Source of the DNA: a virus
Taxonomy: Duplodnaviria; Heunggongvirae; Uroviricota; Caudoviricetes
IMG/VR virus record: IMGVR_UViG_3300042885_000900
Strand: one strand, 5' to 3'
Length of the DNA stretch: 54,999 nt
Under the pieces are notes generated by a model. It made no database searches and had not been told where the DNA came from. It saw only the letters and a list, made by a program, of their open reading frames with translations. Of the stretch, positions 37,237 to 46,227 are shown piece after piece. Numbering within the stretch: the first letter of the stretch is position 1; each line of letters starts with the position of its first letter. A program made the position numbers and the translations under genes.

Positions 37237-37665
37237 ATGAAAAAAATACAAACTGGTGACACTGTAAAAGTGAACTACACGGGAAAATTAGAAGACGGAA
37301 CAATCTTTGATTCTTCATTAAATGAAGGTCGTGAACCATTAGAGACAACTCTAGGTCAAGGACAATTAATTAAAGGTTTTGAAGATGGTTTATTTGGTAT
37401 GTCTGAAGGAGAAACCAAAACGATTGAAATAGAACCTTCTGAAGCTTATGGTGAAATAAACATAGAGTTGATTAATTCAGTACCAAAGGCAAATGTCCCT
37501 GAAGGTGTTCAAGAAGGTGAAATGTTGCAAGGTAACGGTCCAATGGGAGCCGTAAATGTTAAAGTAATTGAAGTTAATGATGAAAATGTTGTTTTAGACG
37601 CTAATCATCCTTTAGCTGGAAAAAAATTAACCTTTGAATTAGAAGTAGTTAGTATCTCCGAATAA
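37237..37665 (+). CDS. FKBP-type peptidyl-prolyl isomerase (SlyD/FkpB-like)
   Basis: GDTVKVNYTGKLEDGTIFDSS; LDANHPLAGKKLTF. Confidence 0.93.
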   Translation: MKKIQTGDTVKVNYTGKLEDGTIFDSSLNEGREPLETTLGQGQLIKGFEDGLFGMSEGETKTIEIEPSEAYGEINIELINSVPKANVPEGVQEGEMLQGNGPMGAVNVKVIEVNDENVVLDANHPLAGKKLTFELEVVSISE

Positions 37666-38055
37666 TTATTTGTACATAAGTTCAGTATTTTCAGGGTTAG
37701 ATTTCTCGTATTTCTTCATGATTGAACCTGATTTAGCATTTGCTTCATCTTCGTTCTTTCCACCGATATCCGGTCCTTTATCCCTGTTTAATATTGTCCT
37801 TTGGTATTCGTGTACCCATTCATGAATTAGAGTTCTTAAAATGTCTCTATTTAATCTTCCTTTTGATAATACCTTAATCTCGTCGTTATTATTACGCTGA
37901 CCGGTAGTCATAGTTCCTTCTCGATTTCCCAAAAAATAAATGGTTAAATCGTGATTTAATGGAATCTCCTTTTGTAGAAATTTAATAAAATCATCATATA
38001 GTTTGAAATATTTTTTATTAACTCCGGAATTATTATGTACAATGGTTACTTTCAT
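37666..38055 (-). CDS. HExxH metallopeptidase-like protein
   Basis: TLIHEWVHEYQ...EDEANA. Confidence 0.7.
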   Translation of the reverse strand: MKVTIVHNNSGVNKKYFKLYDDFIKFLQKEIPLNHDLTIYFLGNREGTMTTGQRNNNDEIKVLSKGRLNRDILRTLIHEWVHEYQRTILNRDKGPDIGGKNEDEANAKSGSIMKKYEKSNPENTELMYK

Positions 38056-38107
38056 AGTAATAAATATAACAAACTTTCATAGTATTTATATATAAACAAC
38101 TTTTACA

Positions 38108-38719
38108 ATGAAGAAAAAATTCATAATAACTGAAGAAGAAAAAAACGAAATAAAATCGTTATATAATTTAACTGAACAAGTTTCTGATAATATAATCAGT
38201 ACTATTATCCAAAAAGCCGCTGAATATGCTAAAAATAAGTTAAAGTCAGGGTCAAAAGATTCTTCTCTTGATTTATCTACTTCACCATTATCCACAAAAA
38301 CAACATCTGATGATGATTTCTATAAAAACATTTTAAAATGTATTGGAGCTCAACCAACAAGAAATAATATGTTATTTATGTATGCTTGGAGACAAGCCGA
38401 AGGTGGTGGTTCCGCTAATAACCCATTTAACACAACTCAACCTTGGCCGGGAGCTACAGTATTAAAAGGTAGTTCGGTAGGAGTTAAAAATTATAAAACA
38501 CCTGAAGATGGAATACAAGCGACTTGTAAGACATTAAAAAATGGTAGATACCAAAATATAATAGATGGGTTTAAAAATGATGTCGGATTATCCAAATTAA
38601 CCGACGCTGTTGTAAATTCAAAGTGGGGTACAAAAGATTTATTGGGAAGAATAACTAAAGATTATTTAGCCGGAGTCTCACCAAAACCACATCCAATCAA
38701 TAAAACTGCAATTGCTTAA
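38108..38719 (+). CDS. Putative lysozyme-like cell-wall hydrolase with ITE tag
   Basis: AWRQAEGG...NNPFNTT...GV.NY...DG..AT..TL.NGRY. Confidence 0.6.
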   Translation: MKKKFIITEEEKNEIKSLYNLTEQVSDNIISTIIQKAAEYAKNKLKSGSKDSSLDLSTSPLSTKTTSDDDFYKNILKCIGAQPTRNNMLFMYAWRQAEGGGSANNPFNTTQPWPGATVLKGSSVGVKNYKTPEDGIQATCKTLKNGRYQNIIDGFKNDVGLSKLTDAVVNSKWGTKDLLGRITKDYLAGVSPKPHPINKTAIA

Positions 38720-38749
38720 AACAACAAAACCGACAGATGTCGGTTTTTT

Positions 38750-39088
38750 TTATATTAAATGTAGTAGAATATAACTTAATTTATACCCCGCAAACGCTCC
38801 TAATGCTGATGGTAATGGGAACACAATTAATTTTCCCAAATCTGTAACATACTTTGGTCTATTAACAATCTTACCCAAAAATAAGTAATATGTCACATAT
38901 CCTAAAAATACTGCAACATCCGTTCTAGTTGCAATAAAAACCACTAATGTTGCCGATAAAAACCCAAATAAAAAATTATCCAAAGCACCACCCCAAACTT
39001 CTTTTTTAGACGCAGAATTGTAATCTCTAACAATTTTCCTTATTTTTACTTTATTTTTCTTACTTAATGTTGGTATTGGATTATACAT
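38750..39088 (-). CDS. Membrane protein
   Basis: Three hydrophobic segments. Confidence 0.75.
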   Translation of the reverse strand: MYNPIPTLSKKNKVKIRKIVRDYNSASKKEVWGGALDNFLFGFLSATLVVFIATRTDVAVFLGYVTYYLFLGKIVNRPKYVTDLGKLIVFPLPSALGAFAGYKLSYILLHLI

Positions 39089-39095
39089 ATCTTAT

Positions 39096-39245
39096 TTACA
39101 TTTTTTTATGTTCAGGGTCATAACTAACTCTACCATTTCTTTCGAAGGTTTGAAAAGTTTCTTCTGATATACAATGAACATCGCCGTTGGGTGTCATAAC
39201 AATGTATTTATCGTCTTCTTTTTTTATTACTACTATATCCCACAT
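39096..39245 (-). CDS. Small hypothetical protein (49 aa)
   Basis: Hand-translated MWDIVVIKKE... Confidence 0.6.
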   Translation of the reverse strand: MWDIVVIKKEDDKYIVMTPNGDVHCISEETFQTFERNGRVSYDPEHKKM

Positions 39246-39248
39246 AAT

Positions 39249-39431
39249 TTAATTTATTTGTTTATATAATTCTTCTAAATTCTTCTCATCCAGTTCTGTT
39301 GTTGTGAATTGTTCATTTGTTGATTCACATAGGTAGAAGTGGTTTATCACATTGTATTCTTTCCCTTTGTATGTTAATGTGGATGGTTCCGACATTAATT
39401 TCATTTCTCTTCCGGTTAATGGACTTTTCAT
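39249..39431 (-). CDS. YgiT/MqsA-type zinc-ribbon-like protein
   Basis: M.SP..G..M...YKG......C....E.F. Confidence 0.55.
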   Translation of the reverse strand: MKSPLTGREMKLMSEPSTLTYKGKEYNVINHFYLCESTNEQFTTTELDEKNLEELYKQIN

Positions 39432-39434
39432 AAC

Positions 39435-39620
39435 TTAATTTAAAACCCATTTAATTAACGCATTCATTTGATGTTGTTCATTTTCATAATTAATATGTTC
39501 ATGAATGTTTTCAATATTTACATCATCATATTTGTCAGGATTTCTAACTTTATCCATCAATAATTCAGTATTTTTTAACATTTCTTCATATTTTTCTAAA
39601 ATTTCCTTTTCTGTTTTCAT
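39435..39620 (-). CDS. Hypothetical protein
   Basis: ORF. Confidence 0.7.
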   Translation of the reverse strand: MKTEKEILEKYEEMLKNTELLMDKVRNPDKYDDVNIENIHEHINYENEQHQMNALIKWVLN

Positions 39621-39621
39621 A

Positions 39622-41082
39622 TTAATTTGATAATGGTGCTTTAATTGTTGGGTGTGATTGATAATTCTCTATTTCAAATTCACTTATTTCAAATCCTTGT
39701 AAATTAGTATCCAACGGTCCTACTCCACATTCTCCACTTTGTGTATTCCAGAATTCTGTATTGATGTTTAGTGTTGGTAATGGATAAGGTTCTCTCGTTC
39801 TTTCAGGAACACTTCCTTGGTGTCTATCAGATAGAAATATATGTTTACGTGAATCAGATGTTAACTTATTATACGTATCCATCGCATATTCATTTTCTTT
39901 ATTACCCCATAATTCAAATCTTTCTTCAATAGTAAAATATCTTCCAATTTGTTCCTTAGCAGCATCAATATGATTTGAATACAAATGACAATCACCGAGA
40001 TTTCCAATTAACTCATCCGGAACCATATTAACTTCTTTTGCAATTATTTCTAATAACAATCCATAAGAAGCAATGTTGAATGGTAAACCTAAGAATGTAT
40101 CTACTGAACGTTGATTCCACATTAAAGAGATTGCTCTGGATGGTATTGTATCTTTGTACTTTTCATAATCCATTCCAATATCTCCATACTTTTTAATATA
40201 CAAATCAACTCTTTCTTCTCTATTTAACTCTCTTGTATAAACTTGAAATCCATAATGACAAGGTGGAAGAACCATTTGGTCTAATTCTCCAACATTCCAA
40301 GCATTAACCATTAATCGTCTTGAGTCTGGATTTGTTTTAAGGTCGTTGATTAGGTTTTGGATTTGGTCTTTCCCACCAATATATTTGTCAAACTTATCAT
40401 CAATTACTTTAGCAACTTGAATTGAATAAAAAGATTTTTCATCGTAACCAAGTGTTATATTTTTATAGTAAACTTTTTTACCTTCATCTTCATCACTGTA
40501 AAGAGATTGGTCAGAATCCTGTATTGGTGTTGTTAACCACTCAGTACCATTAGCAAATGAATGTAAATCACTCCACTTAACAGTCCATCCATTATCAGTT
40601 TTGTGTAAAAAACCTGTTTGTTTGGTGTCTTTCCATCCACCCCAGTTACGCCATTGTAATCCGTATATTTTTCCTAACTCACCCCACTTGTTAGCAAACT
40701 CATCATCTGTTTTGATTTTGTTGATGAATTCTTCTTGTGATAAATGAGAAGAAATCTGTTTCATTGATTTTTCAGAAAAATCCTTACCCCCTTTAGAAAT
40801 ATAATTCTTATAAGCATCACCATTCCAAATATGACAATTATTATCAACCAAATACTTAATATTTGTATCACCTCGAAGAAACCAAAGAAGTTCTGTTACG
40901 ATTGTTTTGAATGGCATCTTCTTTGTAGTAAGTAAAGGAAAACCATCTTTCATATTGTGACGTATTTGTCTACCGAATACTGAGATTGTTCCTGTACCTG
41001 TTCTATCCTGCTTTGTTACTCCATTATCAAGAATGTCTTGGAGAAGTGCTTGGTAATCTTTATCTAGTTTATTCATTTTCAT
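39622..41082 (-). CDS. thyA: Thymidylate synthase with large insertions
   Basis: DRTGTGT, ELLWFLRGDTN, LPPCH, QRSVDTFLGLPFNIASY, HLYSNH. Confidence 0.96.
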   Translation of the reverse strand: MKMNKLDKDYQALLQDILDNGVTKQDRTGTGTISVFGRQIRHNMKDGFPLLTTKKMPFKTIVTELLWFLRGDTNIKYLVDNNCHIWNGDAYKNYISKGGKDFSEKSMKQISSHLSQEEFINKIKTDDEFANKWGELGKIYGLQWRNWGGWKDTKQTGFLHKTDNGWTVKWSDLHSFANGTEWLTTPIQDSDQSLYSDEDEGKKVYYKNITLGYDEKSFYSIQVAKVIDDKFDKYIGGKDQIQNLINDLKTNPDSRRLMVNAWNVGELDQMVLPPCHYGFQVYTRELNREERVDLYIKKYGDIGMDYEKYKDTIPSRAISLMWNQRSVDTFLGLPFNIASYGLLLEIIAKEVNMVPDELIGNLGDCHLYSNHIDAAKEQIGRYFTIEERFELWGNKENEYAMDTYNKLTSDSRKHIFLSDRHQGSVPERTREPYPLPTLNINTEFWNTQSGECGVGPLDTNLQGFEISEFEIENYQSHPTIKAPLSN

Positions 41083-41281
41083 ACATTGCCTTTAAAAGTT
41101 GATTTTCTAAATCCTCTCTCTCATTTTGGAATTTAATTGCCTCTTCAAATCTTTCATTGGTTAATTGTTCCAAATTAATTATACTAAAGTGCTGTGTTGG
41201 TATAGTGAATACTCTATAACCATGTTTTGTTTTATCAATGGTAATACCATCAATAATGTATTTGTTATCTAATTTATTCAT
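41069..41281 (-). CDS. Hypothetical protein
   Basis: ORF. Confidence 0.7.
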   Translation of the reverse strand: MNKLDNKYIIDGITIDKTKHGYRVFTIPTQHFSIINLEQLTNERFEEAIKFQNEREDLENQLLKAMYENE

Positions 41282-41447
41282 ATTTCAAAATATCTACGTA
41301 ATAATTATCGGTGTTATAACCGTATTTAATTCTGTTTTGTTCTGCCTCTTCTTTAGTTTTGAAAGGAGCCAAAATTACATTATGTTCTTTGCTCCCGTGT
41401 GCCGGTGATTTTTCATACACAGCATAAAGATTATTTATAAGTCCCAT
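41274..41447 (-). CDS. Small hypothetical protein (57 aa)
   Basis: Hand-translated MGLINNLYAVYE... Confidence 0.6.
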   Translation of the reverse strand: MGLINNLYAVYEKSPAHGSKEHNVILAPFKTKEEAEQNRIKYGYNTDNYYVDILKYE

Positions 41448-41533
41448 ATACTCTTTCTTTTTCGTTTTATTTTATTCAGTAGTGACTTCAGTATCATCAC
41501 CATCACTTGTATCTTCTTCTTCATCTGTTTCTG

Positions 41534-42016
41534 CTATATGTTGATATAATCATATCTTACCATCACACCACACTGATTATTCTCATCAAACCCTATTATA
41601 CCATCAACAATGGTTACATCATATAAGTAAATCCCTTCCACATCTTCACGATTAGACATTTCTTCTTTTTTTCTTAATAACCATTCAAGATAAGTTTCAT
41701 TATGTTTTAACATTTCACTTCTAACATTCCAATGAGGAGCAACATTTTTTAATACAATATTTTCATCCTTAATTGTTGTAACAAATTCCACCAATTCTAA
41801 ATCCTCGTCTTTAGTATCACTATTCTGTAATGGTTTATAAACTTGTATTACTTTCATTTTTGTTTCTTTCTCTTTTTCTTCACTGAAGAAAACTGATTTT
41901 TCATCACTAAAGAAAACCGGTTTTTTATCGTCGTTAATTAAAGGTGCTGTCATTACTTCGTATATTATAAAGACCCATGCAGATGCGACGAACGCTATTA
42001 GTATATAAAGTCCCAT
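41534..42016 (-). CDS. Membrane-anchored hypothetical protein
   Basis: N-terminal TM helix. Confidence 0.75.
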   Translation of the reverse strand: MGLYILIAFVASAWVFIIYEVMTAPLINDDKKPVFFSDEKSVFFSEEKEKETKMKVIQVYKPLQNSDTKDEDLELVEFVTTIKDENIVLKNVAPHWNVRSEMLKHNETYLEWLLRKKEEMSNREDVEGIYLYDVTIVDGIIGFDENNQCGVMVRYDYINI

Positions 42017-42017
42017 C

Positions 42018-42407
42018 TTAATTCGGTACTTGTTGATACTCGTAAGTGCCTTTCTGAGTATGTACTCTGAATACTCCTATGTCGAATAGTTGCATTATTA
42101 CTTTTTGTTTACTCTCATTACGAGTTTCAATGTACCTGTATTTGAAGCCATCTTTAGATGTTCCATCATAAATTCTACCAGTCTTGTAATATCTTTCAGC
42201 ACGAAGGTCTAAACCTGTATTGGTTAATATAATAATGTCTCCTTTATCATTTCCACTAAAGACAACAGTTGTACTAGTTTCTTCTAAACTGTCTATGGTA
42301 CGAGTGATTCCGTCTTTTAAAATGACATGGTCATAGTATCTTGTAAAGGTTTGAGAGCTCACCATCATTGAGATGAATAACGCAATCGATAATAATAATT
42401 TTTTCAT
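42018..42407 (-). CDS. Secreted hypothetical protein
   Basis: Signal peptide ending SSQ (Bacteroidota-style). Confidence 0.75.
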   Translation of the reverse strand: MKKLLLSIALFISMMVSSQTFTRYYDHVILKDGITRTIDSLEETSTTVVFSGNDKGDIIILTNTGLDLRAERYYKTGRIYDGTSKDGFKYRYIETRNESKQKVIMQLFDIGVFRVHTQKGTYEYQQVPN

Positions 42408-42420
42408 TGTTTTTTGTTTT

Positions 42421-42702
42421 TTAATTGTTTAATTCTTCATCACCATAATAGTCAAAATTTTCACCTTCGTCAACCTTTTTGTCGACATATTCTCTTATTT
42501 CTTTCATATATTGTAAGAATCCCATTCTTAATCTATGAAATTCTTCATCTTTAATTTCATCCCAATGACTATAGTGTTCAAAACAATAATCAATACCTTC
42601 TTCTTCATCTTCTAATTCTGTTATATGTTGATACCACATCGGATTTGGTAATCCACTGTAATGGTCCCACAATTCGTCGTCAATCACTTGTGGATTACTC
42701 AT
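42421..42702 (-). CDS. Chimeric hypothetical protein (3' half duplicates 43577-43807)
   Basis: 147-bp near-identical block. Confidence 0.7.
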   Translation of the reverse strand: MSNPQVIDDELWDHYSGLPNPMWYQHITELEDEEEGIDYCFEHYSHWDEIKDEEFHRLRMGFLQYMKEIREYVDKKVDEGENFDYYGDEELNN

Positions 42703-42973
42703 TTCTATTTTGTTTTGATATGTAAAAATAAAGAGCTGTGATGGCATTACCCCACTCTTTATACAATTCACTATTTGTATTCATCTCATTATAGAATTCT
42801 TCTTTTGTTAGAAGTTCACCAGGATTAGGTGGTTGACAGGAATTATCCTTACTATATGTTCCGTTTTGAAACATCGGATGAATCCACCGATTAGTTGCCA
42901 TAGAATGTTCTACTTCATAACATTCATACACTTGGTCTATGGTCTTAACCATATTGGGGTCTTGATTATTCAT
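42695..42973 (-). CDS. Hypothetical protein
   Basis: ORF. Confidence 0.7.
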   Translation of the reverse strand: MNNQDPNMVKTIDQVYECYEVEHSMATNRWIHPMFQNGTYSKDNSCQPPNPGELLTKEEFYNEMNTNSELYKEWGNAITALYFYISKQNRNE

Positions 42974-43289
42974 AATTAATTTCTTCTGTTATTTTATCTT
43001 TCAAATAAAATCTATATCCTGTTTTATATTCACCATTAATTTCATAAATTCCACGATTAAAAACGTAAGTAAATGGGTATTCTTCACCTTCAAACCAAAA
43101 TAATGTAACTTCATTTGATGACCCCAAAAAATATGAGAATATTCCATTATTTTGTCTTTTGCCATCGGCATATTTGTCAAAAAAATCATTCCAATCATCA
43201 TAAACCTCATCAAGTTGTTTATATTTTCCCTTCATTTCTGTTGGGATTCTTGTATTGTATTTGTGGTTTTTAATCTCCATCTTTTTCAT
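42966..43289 (-). CDS. Hypothetical protein
   Basis: ORF. Confidence 0.7.
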   Translation of the reverse strand: MKKMEIKNHKYNTRIPTEMKGKYKQLDEVYDDWNDFFDKYADGKRQNNGIFSYFLGSSNEVTLFWFEGEEYPFTYVFNRGIYEINGEYKTGYRFYLKDKITEEINYE

Positions 43290-43590
43290 TTAAATCTATT
43301 ATATTAGTATAATGTCCAACAATCATTTTCAAAATATATGATTTGAAGGATTGTTTTTTATCCACTGGGATTGTATCACCTAACCATCTATCCCACCAAT
43401 TCTTAATCCGTTGTTCTTCTAATGTTCCATACCAACTCCCATCATATGTTAATAGAGTTTCACAGAATCTATGACAAGACATTGCTCCCATACAGGAATC
43501 ACAAGCCAAATCTATTGGTAACCACCACTCACAATATTTTTTATGAGCATCTTTTAATATCTGTAATCTCTCATCTTTATTCCCCATCAA
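43270..43590 (-). CDS. Hypothetical protein
   Basis: ORF. Confidence 0.7.
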   Translation of the reverse strand: MMGNKDERLQILKDAHKKYCEWWLPIDLACDSCMGAMSCHRFCETLLTYDGSWYGTLEEQRIKNWWDRWLGDTIPVDKKQSFKSYILKMIVGHYTNIIDLNEKDGD

Positions 43591-43807
43591 ATCCTCCCTC
43601 TAATTCAAAGTCTTCACCTTCGTCAACCTTTTTATTGACATATTCTCTTATTTCTTTCATATATTGTAAGAATCCCAATCTTAACCGGTGGAATTCTTCA
43701 TCTTTGATTTCATCCCAATGACTATAGTGTTCAAAACAATAGTCAATACCCTCTTCTTCCATTCTATATTGGACTGATTGCCAATATTCTAATTCGTCTT
43801 CTGTCAT
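43577..43807 (-). CDS. Hypothetical protein
   Basis: ORF. Confidence 0.75.
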   Translation of the reverse strand: MTEDELEYWQSVQYRMEEEGIDYCFEHYSHWDEIKDEEFHRLRLGFLQYMKEIREYVNKKVDEGEDFELEGGFDGE

Positions 43808-43971
43808 TTTGTTTCTTTTATAATTAATCGGACAATACCACCCACTTTATTAAATTTATCCGCCCATTCTACATGAGTTTTTGGTTCACCAAATAATCCA
43901 AGGTATATTTTATCCGCCAAAGGTAAAACATTTGAATAATCTTTCCAACTAATTTCTGATTTTTTATTCAT
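43804..43971 (-). CDS. Small hypothetical protein (55 aa)
   Basis: Hand-translated MNKKSEISWK... Confidence 0.65.
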   Translation of the reverse strand: MNKKSEISWKDYSNVLPLADKIYLGLFGEPKTHVEWADKFNKVGGIVRLIIKETK

Positions 43972-43972
43972 T

Positions 43973-44584
43973 TTATTGTATTTCTTGTTTATTTGTTAGG
44001 TATAACTCCTCAACATCTTTTTCCAAGTAAAATTGTAATTGGTTATTGGTTGTTGTAATCTCTTTATATCGTTCCTCCGCCATATTAATGTGCTCATAAA
44101 CATGACGCTTTGTTGTTGTTATCCCCTCTTTGTATTGTTCATCCACCTGTTTTTGTAGACGCCAACCGAACTCCTGTGTTGATTTTACACCCACTTTGTA
44201 GTGTTCCTCCACCATTGATGTCCAATTAACGGAAATAGAACCAGTTGTTGCGACCCCCACTTTGTAGTGTTCCTCCACCCTTTCCATCAATATTTCTTTC
44301 CACTTCTTCGATTCTGTTGTTATCCCCACTTTGTAGTGTTCCTCCACCCATATCTTTGTGATGTCCTTAATTTGTTGATTAGACATACCAAACATATTTT
44401 CAAAAAACTTCCAAATTTCACTATAACTCACATAGACATACCCATTTTTTTTATTATGTTGCAGAATACATTTCCCATTTTTCATATGAAAGATATAATC
44501 AGGATATTCTTTCATTATAAATGGTTCCATATGATTGTAGTTATCGTTTAACCACTTGATACAAAGTTTTTCTATTTTAGTCAT
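43973..44584 (-). CDS. Repeat-spacer array protein 1
   Basis: About 75-aa domain followed by VEEHYKVG.TTT repeats with unique 10-11-aa spacers. Confidence 0.85.
   Translation of the reverse strand: MTKIEKLCIKWLNDNYNHMEPFIMKEYPDYIFHMKNGKCILQHNKKNGYVYVSYSEIWKFFENMFGMSNQQIKDITKIWVEEHYKVGITTESKKWKEILMERVEEHYKVGVATTGSISVNWTSMVEEHYKVGVKSTQEFGWRLQKQVDEQYKEGITTTKRHVYEHINMAEERYKEITTTNNQLQFYLEKDVEELYLTNKQEIQ
44001..44348. repeat. CRISPR-geometry array inside an ORF
   Basis: 36-bp repeats at 44313, 44244, 44178, 44112; 33-bp degenerate copy at 44049; spacers 33, 30, 30, 30 bp. Confidence 0.85.
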
Positions 44585-45272
44585 TCTCTCGGATGTTTAA
44601 TAATTCTTGCCAATACCCATCTTCCTGTTGGTATCTTCTAACAACCTCAACCTCATCAGGGAATCCCAAAGATAGTTTTTTCTGATTTGTATTATCAGCA
44701 CTCATTATGGTTTTAAACAAATTTGTTTTAAAGGAACCGGATGTTCCTTTCATAAAAAAAATAAATTCTAATTCTGCGTTGTTCATATCTACTTTTGTTT
44801 TAATTTTTGTTGCGTTTCTAATATGGCTACACCCATCACCAAACTTGTAATGAACCCACACACCATTCCGAAAACTACTATTGTCGTTAGTTAAACTAAA
44901 CCTACTAATTATATGTGGGTTACCATATTGAGATACCTTTATTGTATCACCTAAAGTAAAAACTTCACCATCTGATAATCGTTTTACTGAATGTATTGGA
45001 TGGTATTTAGATTTATTTATATTATCCCAATCTTCATGCCCCTCATAGTAAAGATATTTTGTATCACCAAATCTTGGTGACCAATACGATATTATTTCAT
45101 AATCGTTTTCAATCACTTCTTCCCATAATTCAGGAAAATCATTAGGGTTAAACCAACTACCTTCCCAATAGAAATTATTTGTATTTTCGTTGTCTTTTTC
45201 TACTTTGGGTTCTAACACCTTACCTAACAATGGGCTTCCAGGGTAGGTTTTTATTAATTTATACTTTTTCAT
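44577..45272 (-). CDS. Hypothetical protein
   Basis: KLIKTYPGSP...VKRLSDGEVFTLGD. Confidence 0.8.
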   Translation of the reverse strand: MKKYKLIKTYPGSPLLGKVLEPKVEKDNENTNNFYWEGSWFNPNDFPELWEEVIENDYEIISYWSPRFGDTKYLYYEGHEDWDNINKSKYHPIHSVKRLSDGEVFTLGDTIKVSQYGNPHIISRFSLTNDNSSFRNGVWVHYKFGDGCSHIRNATKIKTKVDMNNAELEFIFFMKGTSGSFKTNLFKTIMSADNTNQKKLSLGFPDEVEVVRRYQQEDGYWQELLNIREND

Positions 45273-45278
45273 ATCTAA

Positions 45279-45530
45279 TTAACACACTAAATCATCTATT
45301 TTAATTCCGTGTTCGTCCAATATTTCCAAAATACCATCACCCATTGCGTCAATACCATCAAAAACATCATTATTTGTGTTCTCGGTATTTTCAAATCGTC
45401 TTTCCATGGTTTTTCTCAATTGGAGAATATCCCATATTGCCATACTTAAATCTAATGATTTGACAGCTCTTAAATGAGCTATTCTATCATCAAAATCATT
45501 TAAATCAAATTCTAAAATTGCTTTTGCCAT
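45279..45530 (-). CDS. Hypothetical protein
   Basis: MAKAILEFDL ORF. Confidence 0.8.
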   Translation of the reverse strand: MAKAILEFDLNDFDDRIAHLRAVKSLDLSMAIWDILQLRKTMERRFENTENTNNDVFDGIDAMGDGILEILDEHGIKIDDLVC

Positions 45531-45694
45531 AATTTTTTATAGTTTTTTTCATTATAATTATAAGGAATTTTTTTCTAAATTCCAACACATATCCAACCAT
45601 TCCCCACCATCGTAATTCTATTAATTTATTTAATATTAACGAGGTTATTTTTAATAAAAAAAATAAGACATTATTAATTATACCCATTTTTTTT

Positions 45695-45994
45695 CTAATC
45701 TCCGAATGTGTTAGAGTTTAATCTCCACACACTTCTTATTTTACCAATCAATTCATCAAAGTTATCACTAACATCATCTTGGGGACAACTATCACCCCAA
45801 CTTTTACCTTCCGGTGTTTTTAACCAATACTCTACTTTCATTGAGTTTGTTTTTTCATCATAGTAAATTGAGATGCTTTCTACAATTGCATCATAAATAG
45901 CTAAATGGTCACCAGGTTTACCATTACTATTACTATGTCTTGAGATACCGTAAACGCTACTGTTAAGTTCGTAAAGTTCGTAATTTGTTTTCAT
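45695..45994 (-). CDS. Hypothetical protein
   Basis: ORF. Confidence 0.75.
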   Translation of the reverse strand: MKTNYELYELNSSVYGISRHSNSNGKPGDHLAIYDAIVESISIYYDEKTNSMKVEYWLKTPEGKSWGDSCPQDDVSDNFDELIGKIRSVWRLNSNTFGD

Positions 45995-46011
45995 AATTTT
46001 TTAATTTTTGT

Positions 46012-46227
46012 TTTGTAATGTTCCTCCACCAATACGAATTCACGACCCAAAGTTTTAGACGTTGTTGTTATCCCCAATTTGTAATGTTCCTCCACCATGG
46101 TTTCGTAATCCTTAAAGAATCCGGAGTTGTTGTCGCCCCCAATTTGAAATGTTCCTCCACCGAAAAGTTACGGGGATTGGCACACACGATAGTTGTTGTC
46201 GCCCCCAATTTGAAATGTTCCTCCACC
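46012..46227. repeat. CRISPR-geometry array at the 3' end of an ORF
   Basis: Identical 36-mers GTTGTTGTCGCCCCCAATTTGAAATGTTCCTCCACC at 46192 and 46126, variant at 46061, partial copy ending 46030; spacers 30, 29, 30 bp. Confidence 0.9.

Noticed and set aside
40372-40628. Intein or intron in thyA
   Set aside because: The frame is continuous, with no Cys/Ser start, His-Asn end or LAGLIDADG motif.
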